In this document: positions 12,364-27,300 of the stretch, one piece after another
How the letters are laid out: every line of letters starts with the position of its first letter
Numbering within the stretch: the stretch's first letter is position 1
Assembly (NCBI GenBank): GCA_977016875.1
Contig: CDRNST010000090.1
Location: 558,001-622,000 of the forward strand
DNA: 64,000 bases
From: Pavona decussata
Taxonomy: Eukaryota
Direction of reading: 5' to 3'
The notes under the pieces: generated by a model
The model's database searches: none
Told to the model about the DNA's origin: nothing
The model's input: only the letters and a program-made list of their open reading frames with translations
Program-made: the position numbers and the translations under genes

Positions 12364-15300
12364 GTAAGTAATGAAGATTATGGCTGTATAACGGGCCTTG
12401 TTGTTGGATAAATAGGTGTCTCGAGGCTATGATGAAGGTGACACAACTTTAGACTTCACTCTCACATGCTGCACCAGATATGTAAATTTAAGCTTTTTGG
12501 TTTACGTTTTCGCTCTTGCCTCATCCATATCTAGTCGTAAGTCTAAATCCCCTCCCCAGAATAAAAAAGCCTTAAGTATTGCTGTTTCAGGTCCAGAATT
12601 GGCAGACAAAAGCGGATTGAAATCGTACTCTTTTGGGTTACATAGCTTACGCAAGAGAGTACCCCCACTATTCTATTAGTGATAACCTTCTCCCTATACA
12701 TGTAATGCAAGTAACCACCCATCTCCCCGAGTATATATAAATATTTTTTTATTTCTCTATGGCCAAATTAAACAACTAAGGGAATGAAAGACGTTTGTAG
12801 TCATTTTTTTGTTCCTCTTTGTTAGTTAACCCGGTGACTTCAGTACTCCTCGTGGTGCGTCATGAAAACAAGTTCATCGAGGTGAACGAAAACATCACGA
12901 TTATCGTCTCTAACGACAAGAACGTAAAGTTTAGCGAGTACAGATATGATTTGGGAGATGGAAACCCTGAGTTTGCCACCGACAAAGATTCAATTCAGCA
13001 TAGTTACTCAAAACATGGTGTGTTTCGTGTGTTTGCCATCATATACAGTCGATGCAGAAATGAAACTTTACGCGTAAATGCACGTGTGACTGTCGAGAAA
13101 CCCGTGCAGTTGCTAGGAAACCTGACTCTGTCATGTGACCCAGTACCATTCCCTTCGCCGCTTTCAGCCCTTTTGACATCAAATAAAGGCACTGATTTTA
13201 AATGCTTTTGGAACTTTAGCGATGGGCACCAAGCTGAGACGACCTTCACCGAACAGGGATTGAAACACAATCTAAACTATTCGTTTAGTACTACGGGAAA
13301 TTACTCCCTGGATGTGCAATGTGTGAACAGACTCAGCAGTGCCAATATTTCAACTCAAGTGATTGTGCAAATCCCCGTTAAAGGACTTGTTATCGACGAA
13401 ATCAAACCCAAGGGTTTTCTTAGAGAGTTCAAAGTCACGTGGCATGTTCAAAGCGGAAGTGATATTGATTACACAGCAAGTTTTGCTGGAAAAGTGTTGA
13501 AGACATTTAAAAGTATAAACAACACTAACGGTTGGGCATGGGTACGACGCGACCATCACGTGAGTCCGGGTATGCATGACGTCATCATCACAGCAACCAA
13601 TAAAGTGTGCGGAATGTTGCACGCTGTAGGAACGGTTCGTGTGGAAAGAGAAGTAGAACCGTTCTTTCCGGTTCTGTTTCATTCAAACAGGGACATAGAA
13701 GTGAATGAGACTTTTGTCCTGTCCATGACGAAGATTAACTTGGAAAACAATGTGAACCCCGTCTACAAAATTGACTTAGGAGATGGTAGACGCGTGATCA
13801 AAACAAGAAGTGCTCGTAGGAACATAAGCTATAGAAACTATGGATACTTCTTGGTTACCATAAACGCGTCAAACAACGTTTCGTTCTACAACACTTCTAT
13901 CTTAGTCAAGATTCATAAACCTGTGTCGAGAGTAGAACACTTGAATTTAACCGCTACACCGACAATATTCTTACAACCCACGGTAATAACTGTACTCATA
14001 ACAAGAGTGTCGGACGTTGTTTGCAACGCTTCGTTCAGTGACATTCCTAACTTTAGCAGAGTATTTGACCTTCGAGCAGAATCTCTCTGGGATCCAGTTA
14101 GGCAACCGAAGGATACCCCAAGCATTCCACCCGATGTGACATTTTTGATCGAGCGTAATTACACTGAGGTTGGAGTATATTCCGTGACAGTCACCTGTAA
14201 AAATCGCCTTAGCGAAAAGACGGCGAGGACGGATGTTATAGTTCAAGAGCAGGTGACTGGAGCCCGTTGGGTCCCCATTGAGCCAATCATATTTGGAAAT
14301 CCAGTTAACATTAGCTTGGAGATAGCGACAGGAACCAACGCGTCTTTTGAATTATTGTTTAATGGATACAAATTTAGCCAGGAGATCATCGGTCTCTGGG
14401 CTTTTCATATCGTTACACGGGATGTTTACCACTCTGCCGGATTTCATCGTTTTGGGTTAACTGTTTGGAACCTTGTAACCCCACCTATTCTCATCCCTGG
14501 TCATGTGATTGTAGAGATCCCCATATATGGTCTTGAGGCTTATCTCTTCGGAGGACCACGCCCTGTAGAGGTCAATGAAACTGTGCAAATTTACGCGAGC
14601 TTGAAAAACGGGAGTGATCCAGAATTTCTGTTTGATTTTAAAGACGGCAGTGAAGTAATGGTTACGCAAAACCCTGCTGTTGATCACAAGTTTGATCCTC
14701 ATGCTGTGTATGTGGTAAATGCCACGGCAAGAAACAACGTCAGTCAAGAGGTCGCGTTACTCAACATCACAGTTGTGAAGCCTGTACTTCCACTCAAAGG
14801 TCTCACCATCAGTTCTTTGCCAACTGCTGTAAACAACACAGCTAAAATTCTCCTTAATTTGTCAGAGGGTTCGGATTTCTCTTGTTCTTGGAACTTCGGA
14901 GATGGTCTCTGGAAAAATTCCAGTTACCAGCATCTCAGGTTTTTTGCTGACAGCAAGACAGTAGACAAGAAACCCTTTCAAAACCTACAATTTGTTGTTG
15001 AACACAACTATTCAAGTGCCGGAGTCTACCAGATCTCCGTTCGTTGCCAAAATCGGCTAAGTATTCAATACGCGTCTGCACCAATCGCGATTCAATCTGT
15101 TGTTGTGGGGTTGAGCATTCTCAATATTCCCACTCAAATTGTTGGTCGAGAATTTCAAGTCTCTTGGAGTTTATTGTCTGGAACAAACGCATCATTTAAA
15201 GTCAACTTTCCTGGAGCAAAAATTATGTCTCTTCGCACATCTGAACTAGAAGGATTCGTTCAAGCTGTCCTGGACATCCCTGGCGAATACGTTATTTCGG

Positions 15301-18300
15301 TCGAGGCCTACAACTTAGTGAGTCCAACCCAAGTTACGTCAGCGGTAATCACGGCAGAGATTCCTGTTTCTAACTTGATAATCACTGTTACGTATGACTC
15401 ACGTGACCTAGAAATGGACAAGAATGTCACCTTCACTGCCAGTGTGACAACAGGGACGAATCCTGTGTTTTTGTTTGATTTTGGTGATGGCAATAAATTG
15501 GAGAGTTATCTAAGTAAGACGACCTACAAATACAGTTACAACGACATTTACTCGACACAACCTGACGTTACTTATGAAGTTCGTGTGACAGCCTCTAATA
15601 ATGTCTCTTCTGGATCGTTTTCTTCGATCAACATCACGGTTCATAAACCAGTTCTTTTACTTCAGAAAGTAAAGCTCTTCGCATACCCTTCTAATGTCTC
15701 TGAACAGGCGAGGATTGTTCTCACAATCGACCAAGGCTCCGATTTTAATTGCGTTTGCGATTTTGGAGATGGTGAGGCGCCACGAGAACTTCCATTATCG
15801 GACATGGTTTTCCTAGGCGCAGATAGAACGCCAGCGAAGAACTTCCGCAATCAGAGATATCAGATTAACTTCGTCTACGACAAACCATCGAGGTACTTGC
15901 TGTTTATTGAGTGCAAGAATAGACTTAGTTATGCAAACAGCACGACAGAAATTGTTGTTCAGGAACCAATCACACATCTGAAGATTTTTTACATCGGTCC
16001 TGTAACTTTCAAGGAAAGTTTCGTTATCTCGTGGGGAATTATCAACGGTACTAAGGTTAAATTCCAAATTTCCTTCGCAAACTTAAGCTTTAAGGCATTT
16101 GAGGATAGCCACAACCTGACCATCACACAAGACGACTATAAAGTTTCTGGTGCCTTCCAAGTTTTAGTCGTGGCTCGAAACCTAGTGTCTTGGGCCGTTG
16201 CTGAGACAACCGTAATGATCCAACATCCAGTTCATATTCAGCAAGTAATCGCCAGACTACCACAACCCGGTGGTTCACGTGTTGGTTACGGTATCCATGG
16301 TGACTACTTTCCCGCAGATCGTGACGTCATGTTTAAAGTTTTTGCTCGAGGAACCAATTTATCATGTCAATGGGAAATCGATAATAAGAAAAATGAATTC
16401 ACGTCCACATCTGTGCTTCATCACAGGTTCCATCGTGTTGGACCTCACAAATTGACGGTGCTCGTGAAAAATATGGTAAGTCACGCTCGTTCCAACATCT
16501 CTGTGGAGATTCAATACGCCATTGAAAGTCCCGTATTACAAAGCAACAGTCCGCAGAAGGTCAAACAGCCAATAAAGTTTCACCTCAGTGCTGCACAGCT
16601 TGGCACAGACTCCTGTTTCTCTGTTCATTTTGGAGACGGAAATCGCTTCTTATATGGTCATCCAGGTTGCGAAGCCAGGAACGCAACTTCTAATTTTAGT
16701 GTGATATCAGCTGTTGAAAGTGTTAAATTTGAACATAGATACAGTCGCGTAGGGGAGTACGTTGTTACATTGAACGCCTCAAACGTTGTGTCTTTTGTAC
16801 AAGTTACCACAGACGTAGAAGTAGTGTACGCTCCTTGCACGAGCCCTATTATAGAGGTAGACAATCTTGGCGCGACCTCAATTACGGCTTCAAAGTCATT
16901 TCGCTCTGATCCCTACAATGTGCGTACTCATGTAAAGCTCGAATGTGAGAGAACAAATAAGGTCAAATTTAAATGGAAACTGTTGTCGCTGGACATAAAC
17001 GGAATTCAAAGCATCAACCCCAGCAATATCATCTTGACAGAAAGAGAACTTAACATACCCAGAAAAGGGCTTGATTATGGCTTATATGAGGTGCACTTCA
17101 CTACGCAGATGGCACTACCCAATACAGATAAGTACCGCAGTACAGCTATGGGCTACTTGAGGATTCTTCCTTCACCTCTCATAGCAAGAATTGACGGCGG
17201 TAATTTGATCAGTCGGGGGTTCGGGAAGAATATAAGGATTGATGCGACTCAGTCGAGAGACCCCGATGTCGATATTGGAAAAGATTCTGGTAAGTGAAAA
17301 TTTATAATGACTAAGCGGGCTTATTATTCAACACATTGTAACATTGCCCAAATAATATTTACGTAATTTCGTGTCTCCAGCTCTTCTGCAAAAACACTGT
17401 GCTTTGTTATCAAGGTGTTAAATAATATAATAATTATCCTGCTCAATCTTGCGGCATATCTCCTGATATAAGCGAACTCGGACTACGTCAGCTAAGTAAT
17501 GTCAGGTGATATTCCCTGCGATTTCGCAGGATAACAGAAATGCCAACAAAAACTCTTGTGGCTAGAATGGATACTCTTAAATCTGATTCCCCCAATACAT
17601 TTGCATTTGTAGAGCGATCAGATCTCCTACACACTGGTAGACCTTACATAATTTTCGCAGTGCGTTGAGGTCTCAATTATCGCTTAATAAGAAAGCCTTC
17701 TAATTCAGGGCCCAGTTGTTCAAGGCCCGAATCAAAGTTTACGTTAACCCAGTAGTAGCTTAATCGGGCTTTGAACAACTGGGCCCAGCTGTTCAAAGGA
17801 AATCGGATTTCATTCTAGAAACGACACAACCAAATTGTACCTTAAAATATACTTTTTTGTTAAACTGTTCTCGCCGCCGTTGCCTTCGTGGTTCATTAAG
17901 CTCCCTTATACCTTGGTTTTGTTTAGAGGTTTTGCAAGCGTCTTCGCCGTTGCAATGCTGGCTATATAGGCGCATTCTTTTGGAAAAATCAAGTAAAAGA
18001 AATGGCTACTTGTTTAAGTGCTGGATGAAATAAAGTTTACTCAGAATAGCGGAGTGAGGTTCTTTTGAAATCTTTCTTGCAGCAAATTAGTGGTTCTCAT
18101 CCTTGGCAAGTTTCTTAAGAACTTCAGTTACGAGTTTCCCGTTCTATGGCAAAATAGTAATTCTTATAGTACTTGGTTTCCTTTGCTATTCCGCATGAGT
18201 TGAAGCATAAGAGTCGGCTGAATATACTTATTTGGCTGATTTCATGGATTTTTGTCTCCCTTTATCTTCCAGGGTTACACTACACGTGGTTATGCAGGAG

Positions 18301-21300
18301 CGTTCACACGCAGTTCCCTAAAGATGTTTACCCAAACATGACTTTACGCTCTCCTTATGACACAAAGACTCAACCAGCAGCGCCCGGTACTCTTCATTCA
18401 AACGGTTGTTATGGTGATGGACAGTTCTTCTTTCCCGATGAAAATGGCCAGCTAACTCTAAAAACAACCAACATGATAGAAGACGAAACTTACGTCGTGT
18501 TTGTAATCATCAGGAAGGGAGAAAGGATTGCTCAACAGTATCAAGTCGTGGAGGTCATTCAAGGTGATCCACCCGTGTCGAAAATTGAGTAAGTAGCGCT
18601 AATTTGGATTTTCACGTTGTACTCATTTATACAAATGTCTGATTAATTTAAAACCTGGATGCAACGTTTGAGTTACTTACCTCTACACATGTTGCTTTAC
18701 CCTATAACGTTTTCTAACTAATCAGAGCTCGCCAGCGAGTCAGAAGCAAGAGGGCTTCCAGTCGTTATTCAGCCAAGTCGTGCTTTCCCGTTCTTGGCTC
18801 CAGCTGCATAAATGGGTGATTTGCGTGAGCGTTCTTTTTGATTGGCTATCGAAACCTTTTGCGTTTCCTTTGGTTTTCCTTCACTATCTTTCTATTAAGA
18901 GTACCTCGCCAACTTGTCAACCACTTAGAACACAAAAAACTTCATTGTTCCTTTGTGGCACCCGCATGTTGTGGTTAGCGTCTGTTTCATGTGTTTGCTT
19001 CGCATTCTGGCCCCAGTTGTTCAAAGAACGGAAAACTCTATCCAGTGGATTAACTGCTATCACGAGGAAAAAAACATACTCCAACCGATACATTTTATCC
19101 GATGGATAAGGACTTATCTGCTGGATAAAGTTATCTGCCCTTTGGCACCTGATTGCCCAGGGGAGCTATCGAGCAGAGTGTGGTAAAACCAAAACCAAAG
19201 TTATCACTCTGACCAATCAAAACAAACGCAAACAATATCAACCAACAACAACACAAAGCACAAAGCAAATACAAGTGATTTTGTCAAGCGCGTAAAAACG
19301 CCTATGAAATAATAATAATAATAATAATAATAGTAATTTTTTTTAAATAAATATTAATGAGAACTCTTTATTAACATATTTCAAGCAAATTGCTATTCAC
19401 AAGTTAAAAGTAGAAAAAGGAACTATTAAAAAACTATTTACAATTCATTTCGATGAAAAAAGAGAACTTTCAAGCCGATTTTTTTTCTGATAAAGTTACT
19501 ATGCTATTCTTATTAAAAAAATCAATCATACATACAAAGTTAAAAATCTTAAAAAAGGGAATAAAACCCAACATCAAATGGAAGGCTACCAAGAAAAATA
19601 AGAAAAACTAAGGAATAAAATTATGTTTTCAATGTTTTTAACGAATGTTTGCATGTCCTTTCTCGATGTCAAAGTCACTGTCCGTCAATTCTAGATGGAT
19701 CCTCCTTGTAGCTCGCGAATCTCTTAAGCAAAGGACACCCTTGCCTGGATCTATGAGATAGCAGTCGCATAGCTTTCGCCCTTCTTTGTAGCAACTAACT
19801 CAGCCAGCCTACTATGGTATCGCTTGCATTCCACCGCCATTCCACCCGTCGTGCTAAAAAATGCCCTGCAACCATACGATTTTAAATTGTACGATTGTGT
19901 CTCGAAAACTTTGGGTTTAAGATAAATTAGTTGAATTAGTTTGGGTTTAACTGGTTAAGTTAACAGAATGAATTTTTCAAACAAACCACGCAGCGCAGTG
20001 AAGCAAAACCAAAGCAACTTCGACACTCCACTAAAAAACACTTTAAGCCGAATGAAAACCACCCTAGCTGTGCACAATTCCATTGCTGTGGCATGATAAG
20101 ATAATTATCAGGAAAACACTGGGAGTGGTTCTATATTCATTTAATATACCAATTTTGTGTTCAACAGCTGCAAGCAGAACTGCGCTGCTAAAATCAATCC
20201 TTCCAAAAGACTTGCCCTTTTTGCCAGCTGCTTTGAGGGATGTATCGGACGACTGATCTACGAATGGCAAGTTTACAAGAACGTCATCAACGACTCTACG
20301 ACGTATTGGGAACTTCAACAAGACATCGCACAGAGTGAAGTGAAGGATCCCACAGGGCCCGTGTTCATGGTGCCTAAGAACGTTTTAGAAGGAGCCGCAG
20401 AGTACCTTATTCGCCTGTATGGCCGCAGAGAGAAAGGAGTCAAAGGGAAGACAGAAAGCGTCGTCCTTACAAATGAAGTCCCCAAAGGAGGTGACTGCTT
20501 TGCTTCCCCTCAGTTAGGAGATGCTCTGGTAACTAAGTTCCATATTTGGTGTGAAGGCTGGACAGATCCCGACATGCCACTCAGCTACGAGTTTTACTAC
20601 AGAAATGAAGAAGGGAAGTTGATCCTGTTTTTCTACGGTCCTCATAATTCCACTTACTCTGAACTGCCACTGGGAAAGCCAGCTGACAATTACACAATGG
20701 AGATTTACGTGAAAATATTGGATTTCTTCGAGGGCGAAGCCAACTATACTTTATTTTTGCAAGTAAGAAAGAAATTTCTTTCCATTTATAGCATTCAGAA
20801 CTCTCCTTAGACACTGTGAACGGGTGGTGCTGTACTAAACAGCGCGTTGGATATTAAATCTGAAGGTCGGTGCTTCAAGACCTACTCTCAGCCGTTTTGG
20901 GTGACGCTACGTTGATGAGAGTGTAGAAATACACCTAGTTGATTTACGCCAGAGAAACGGGTTGAGCTCTGGCTCTTAATGGCTACCAGTGGTTCATGTG
21001 CGATCTGGATGCTGTGAAACATTAATTTTTTTTGCCATGGGAATCGAAACATGCAACTACATCTTTTTGTTACAAAATGTAACCTGGGCAAACCAAATTT
21101 TCCTTTACAGAGGTAACAAGCTTGGGGTACTAAAAGGACAGTAGTCCTCACTTTGGCTCAATATCATTCCATTCCACGTCCCTTGTTGTTCCCTTGGTAA
21201 TTTTGTTGACTAGGAGCCTGAGGTATAATTAATATTCTTACATCATGAACAAGAACCCGTTCCCGGCTCCGCTTCTCTGGAAACGACCCGTGCACGGTGA

Positions 21301-24300
21301 GTACCTAATGCTCAATTTTATCAAAGGTAACTAGATAACGTTACACTCAAGTAAATGCCCGCGTCAGAGGAGTGTTCTAAGGCATTCGTTCAGTCTGAAA
21401 GAAAACTAAAGCTGGGAAGAAAAGCTGTTTTGTTAATATTTCTTTGAACTTTGTTTTAGTCGGTAGAGCCACAGATGCAAGAAGATGAACTTGGCGACAT
21501 GCTAGCAAACATGACGTCAGGAGAAAATAGCGACCTGAGTAAGCTGGTGAATGTAGGAGATAGTCAAGCGGCCTTAAGACTTGCGGGAGCCGTTAACTCA
21601 CTGCTTAACGCACAAAGCTCAAAAGTTGAAGCACCCAATAACACCGAGGACGTAAATGCAAGAAGGGAAAAACGAAAAGCAGTGCGCACATCAGTCATTC
21701 AGGCTGCGACGTCACTTCCTGTGACTTCATTGAACGGTTTGCAACAGTCTGCTGACATGATTGCGAGTGCTTCGATGTTCAAAGATGAAACGTCATCTGG
21801 AGCTATGGTATGATTGCAACGAATTTTTGATAGGAAGCATGCAAATTTTGTAAACTTACCTTTATCGTACCTAAACGTTACGCTGGAACTAATAATTATT
21901 CGTTTAATTTCGCAACTAAAGATCTTTATTTTCTCAGAAATCTGTAAAACGCTTACGGGAACACTGAGCCTGTCAGTTAGACCAGACCAAGGGTTGACAA
22001 CAAACCTTAATTATTTATCCCCCAATAAAATTTTAGTGACGATATATAATAGTTGAAAGAGAAACTGCTGTTACCGTCTCTGAGAACTCAATGAGTTGTT
22101 TTTGGCAGAAGAGATATTAGGAACCTTCAGATTTGGCTATGACTAGGATTGAACACGAGTATGACTTTTTAAATCTAGTTTATGTTCTTTAGATAATCGC
22201 TTGTCACACCAATCTTGTTCTCATGATGGAGCGCGAGTTCTGGGAACGCGACTGGTTTGAATTTGAAAGTGGTACTCGTACTCAATTTTGCACTCGTACT
22301 CAGAACCAAAGGTCCCTAGTATGTGACTTAATACATCTTGATGACGTCACAGTGATGTGGCATCGCGCCGAGACTCGCGGGTGTATATTTTGGTTGGATT
22401 GGAGAATGAAAAGCAGAAGCGTTTAGAATTTCCCTGCAAACTGTTCTTGTAGGAATAATGACAATCGTAGCTATTGTGTGATGGCTTAAAACCGGACTCG
22501 ACAGAGGCTCAAATAATGTATATGAATCTCATTTCTTAGAATGCTTCTACGGAAGCCTTTGAAAGGATGTCCAACTTGTTAAAAACCAGTTCCAACGAAT
22601 CTGCGGGCTACGATGCAGTGGTGAACAGTGCTGAGTCCCTTTTGTCTGGAATGGGATACGTTCTTAATGCGGCTGGGAGCTCCGTTCTCGTAAAGTCCAA
22701 GGTGATGAATGCTACGGAACCACCTCCAACATGTTCTCCTTACGATATTACTTGTAAAGAACCTGAACAAGAGCCACCTGGAAATGTCACAGATGAAGAA
22801 GCAGTGGAACTCGACGAGGAATCTGCAAAGGTACGGTTAAAAATCCTTGAAATTGACAAGGCAGAAATCCTGCAATTAAAGCTTGCAAACCAAAGCAACA
22901 GATAAATAGGACGCTATAGTTTAATTTAGACTGTAGTAAAAATATGAAAAGATCAAATCGCACATCCAGCCATAATCCACAATGATGGAGTATTCCAATA
23001 GTTTTCAAAAAGCCACTAATAGCTTTAAATTCCTTTTGGCGGATTATGCTCGACAAAATGCGGCTTTTCATTTTACTGAAACTGGAACAAAGATATAAGA
23101 GGAACAGAGAATTTGGAAACAATTATTATTGCTTGTTCGAAATGTGATTTAAAAAGGTAAGTGGTAAAAGAATGATTTGTATGAAGACGCAAATTAACAT
23201 TCATAATCGCTGATAATTACAAATGCTGGAATATTCCACTGGTTTAAAAGTTCCTTTAAAAGAGAGTGCTAACAACTTGGAATTTCTTTTTAATCTTTCA
23301 CAGAACCGAGATACAGCCAACAGTATTGTAGGCATGCTTGGAAGTGTCAGCGGTTCTGTTCTGGAGAACAAACTGGCCGGCGAACAACCCAGTGTCATCT
23401 CTAGTGCAAAGCTAAATATGGCAGTGGAGCGCTCTGACTCAGACTCTCTGGGTGGGTCTTCTATAGGTGACGGCCAGGCTGGCTTTCAGATGCCTTCTGC
23501 TGGAAACCTGTTCGGAAATAATTCAGATATCGATGGTCCTGTCGACAAACAGGTGGGCATATAAGTAATAAACGAAATTTAATTATTTAAAATAAGGTCA
23601 CGTGATTGTGCTGGAACTGAACGGAGAAAGATACTTTTTGAAAGAAATGTTATGGTATATTTCCAGCCTGGTGAATGAATGAGAATGATGATTATTCTAG
23701 AAAGTGACGCAGGCATACTCGGAAAAAAGAAATCCGAGTGCTCCTATCAGGAGTCGAACCTAAGACCTTCCGATTACTATGTTTGTCCCATGAACCTAGT
23801 TTAAACTCCCACGAGTCTCCTGTAGCTCAGTGGTAGAGCGTCCGAACTAGTAATCGGAAGGTCTTAGGTTCGACTCCTGATAGGAGCACTCGGATTTCTT
23901 TTTTCCGAGTATGCCTGCGTCACTTTCTAGAATAATCATCATTCTCAAGATACTTTTTATTTCCAGAAATTCAGGACGTCATTTTCATGGTCTGCGTATT
24001 GATTTCACGTTTTTTCCTAAAGCTGTATCATGTTTTCATCATATTTGTTTGAGTTAAATGATATTCATGGTCTTAACGTTCATGTTGGACATGTTGTTGT
24101 TGTAGTTGTTCTTGTTTAAGCGCTTGTCGACCGACATCATTGTTCCTAACATTTCCTTCTTGCATAAAACGTTTCATATAATGACCATTTCAAAACGAGT
24201 ACCTCTGAGTTGAGTTGAAAGCGCGAGCAAAGAACGTTCTCTGACACCTAGGGCAAGCTGAGATATTTTGGATGTATTTTCTTTTTAGATGGCAGCCATG

Positions 24301-27300
24301 AATGAGAACCCTTACACATGGGGCAAAAGATCTGCGGACGTCACAGGGAAAGTGGTCAGTCTTTCTTTCCAAAACAAAGGTAAAAAGCTGGCCGTCTCTC
24401 ATCTGGACAAAGATGATCCCATAGACATACTCATACCTCGAGATGCTCCAGTTGAAACTCCGGAAAGATTCAAGTACAACTGCTCTATACACAAAGAATG
24501 GCGTGTCCATACATTGGTGGTCGATAAGAATGGCAGCGCAATCAATGTCGAAGTTGGTATTATCGGATCTGACCGTCAGTTTGTGGTATATGTCAGACGA
24601 GGAAAAGCCCCGACTACTGTCAATTTCGACTGGCGAGTAATTTCTCCGAACAAAACCGATGATGATCAATTCGATTCTAAGCTAAACCAAAATTATCCGA
24701 ATGACACTAAGCAAAAAAGTAACACGACTGGCAACGTTACGAAATCTTCCGGAATGTCATCTAATTTAACGGGAGATTTTAATCAAACAAACAGCCAAGA
24801 ACACAATGTCACACCTGGAAGAGACCATTTGAAGATTAGAGGCTCCAACGTATCACTGTTTCTTTCCCAGACTAGACTGTATGTTGGCACTTATTACATT
24901 GGCATTAGGTTTACAGCAGCGACCCACTTCACTAGTTGTGACCTCGAGGATTACAATGTCAGCTACACTCTGAGGACTTTTAAATCTAAATGTTTATACT
25001 GGAATGAAGAGTTTCAGAAATGGAAAGATGATGGATGTGAGGTATGTATGACTCACCCATACTTGCAAGGTTACAGCTTTGAGCCGTGTTTATCTTGTCA
25101 CACTTGGTTCCTCTTCCGTTGCTTAAACTTATTATGAAGCACGTGGAACTATCACTACTGTGTTATTGAATGGTGTGCTATTCCCTCAGTGCCTGAGTCA
25201 CAAGCTTGTTGTTAGGTTCTGTGGGAACGATTTAGACGACAAGACGTTGTGTAAGACATGCTGACGACGAGACTGCCATATTTCGTGTAAGTCAAACCTA
25301 CAACTTCCTTACGATTGCCACGAGACTCGTGAGATGTTGACTGATTTTGTACCTTTTTTGAAACTACGACGATCGAAAGCACAAAAGAATGTTTCATGAC
25401 ACCAGTAACGCTTGTCGCAGATGTTGCATTCGACTACTGTAAGCGTACATTCTAAAGGTCTTGAATGGGTCGCAGCGAGCCATTTGTACACCAGACACCA
25501 TTAACGAAAATTTCACATCTGAGAATACATATCGATGACAGTTCACCACCCATGAAAAGGGAACTCCCCTGTTGTAAGGTGCTGATAGTAAACCATAAAG
25601 CAGAGAAGTCTTCGAGCATTTCAAGGATCATTCCGGAACATTGACAAAGACCGTAAATGGAAAGTTCACCTGAAGATCTTGCTATGTTTATTGCAAATTA
25701 CATCCTAAATAATTTAAACTACTTGTAAACCACATGTTATTATTAATTTACAGGTTGGTAATTTGACCAGCACAACCCAAACTCACTGTCGCTGTACTCA
25801 TTTGACCGCATTTGGTTCCATGATGGATGTGGCTCCAAACCCGATCGACTACGGTGCTGTATTGGCAGGTTTCGGTTCTATGTTTGAAACTGGAAATGTA
25901 ACGGTCTTCTTCTTTATTCTCTCCATGTTTCTAATTTACGCTTTGGTGCTGACCTGGGCAAGAAGAGCTGATAAGAGAGACATGGAACAGGTAATTATGT
26001 CTTTAATAGCTGTTGCTACTGCACGATTGGCGACATTGCCAAAATTTGATTCGATGAAATCCAGCGCATTAATATGTTCCTATATCAACCGCTGAAAGGA
26101 CTTCCGAAATGTCTCAAACGCTATCGAAATAGATATCTACCAATTCTCTTCCCCTTGGATATCTCAATTACCAGAAAATTTTTTTTGTAAGTTTTCAAAA
26201 ATGATTTAATGAACTATTTCCGTAAATTGAATTCCAAACCAATTCCAATGGCATTTGCAGAAACGTCGGGTAAATTTACGGAAAAACAAATACCAAAATA
26301 CGACTCCGGAAATGCCCCCTTTATGAAATTTTTCAGGCATAAACAGAGGAGACCTGCCATATTTTCCTTACATTAAGCCAGCAAAACATGCAGTCCGTTT
26401 TTGTTTCGCATCAATATCCGCCTTCGACTTTTGACTCTGATTTCTTGGCGAAAATGCGGGCAAGATAACTCAGTTAGCTTGAGAGCTCAAATAGTTACAT
26501 CCCTGCAGCCCTATCAAAAGAGAAAGTAACTTTATATTAAGTTGACGAGTGAAGGCAGTTAAAAGAGAAGTCCTGGTCTAATCAAACACCTAGAATTTGA
26601 AGAGTCGGTTCATCTTCTATGGTCTTGTCTCCGACCAAAAGATTGTATGTGTGCTAAGATTTATCTGTGGTCATTGCCTGACTATTGGTAGCAATTACTT
26701 GTAAGTAGATCGCAGTCAACCAGTGGGTTTATTTCTTGATGTCCTTATTCAGGGTGGATTCCAGGGCAATGGGGCAATTCTTGTGCTACAAACTGTGTCG
26801 TGTCGTCGGCATAAAGTCGGAGAGAGAAAAATCTACCTGAGTAATTAATATCGTTCACAAATACATTCAAAAGAAGAGGGCCTAAGAGGCTCCCTTGCAG
26901 CACTCCACAGGTAATGCCTAGCCAGTCTGAAACAATCCCATTGTAATTATAACAATAATTTATACTTTTTTAGCGCCAAATTTCGATAGCTCTATCGTGT
27001 TTTACAGAGCGGTAAAATAATGTAACACTCCCAGAACTGATGTAAGTTAAAGTTTATAACTTAGTACCGTTATGCGATTCTTTCTTTTCCTTAGATTGGA
27101 GCTACACCTATAGCCAGCAACGTGCCCAATGCCACTTACCAGTATGAGCTTACATTTTTCACCGGTCAGCGCAGAGGTGCCGCCACAACAGCTCAGGTAT
27201 CATGTCTACTCGTCGGAGAGCGCGAAGACAGCGGAATATGTATCTTAAAAGACGATAAGCGCCCGACGTTTAGACAAGGCAGTGCTAATTCCTTCTTGAT

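Noticed and set aside
13004-16864. Numerous antisense ORFs within the PKD exon (and over other long CDSs)
   Set aside because: Shadow frames of a long coding exon with no recognisable motifs.
23818-23888. Functional tRNA gene
   Set aside because: The anticodon arm has an extra base, and the sequence is embedded in a palindrome with a TSD, so it is tRNA-derived repeat sequence.
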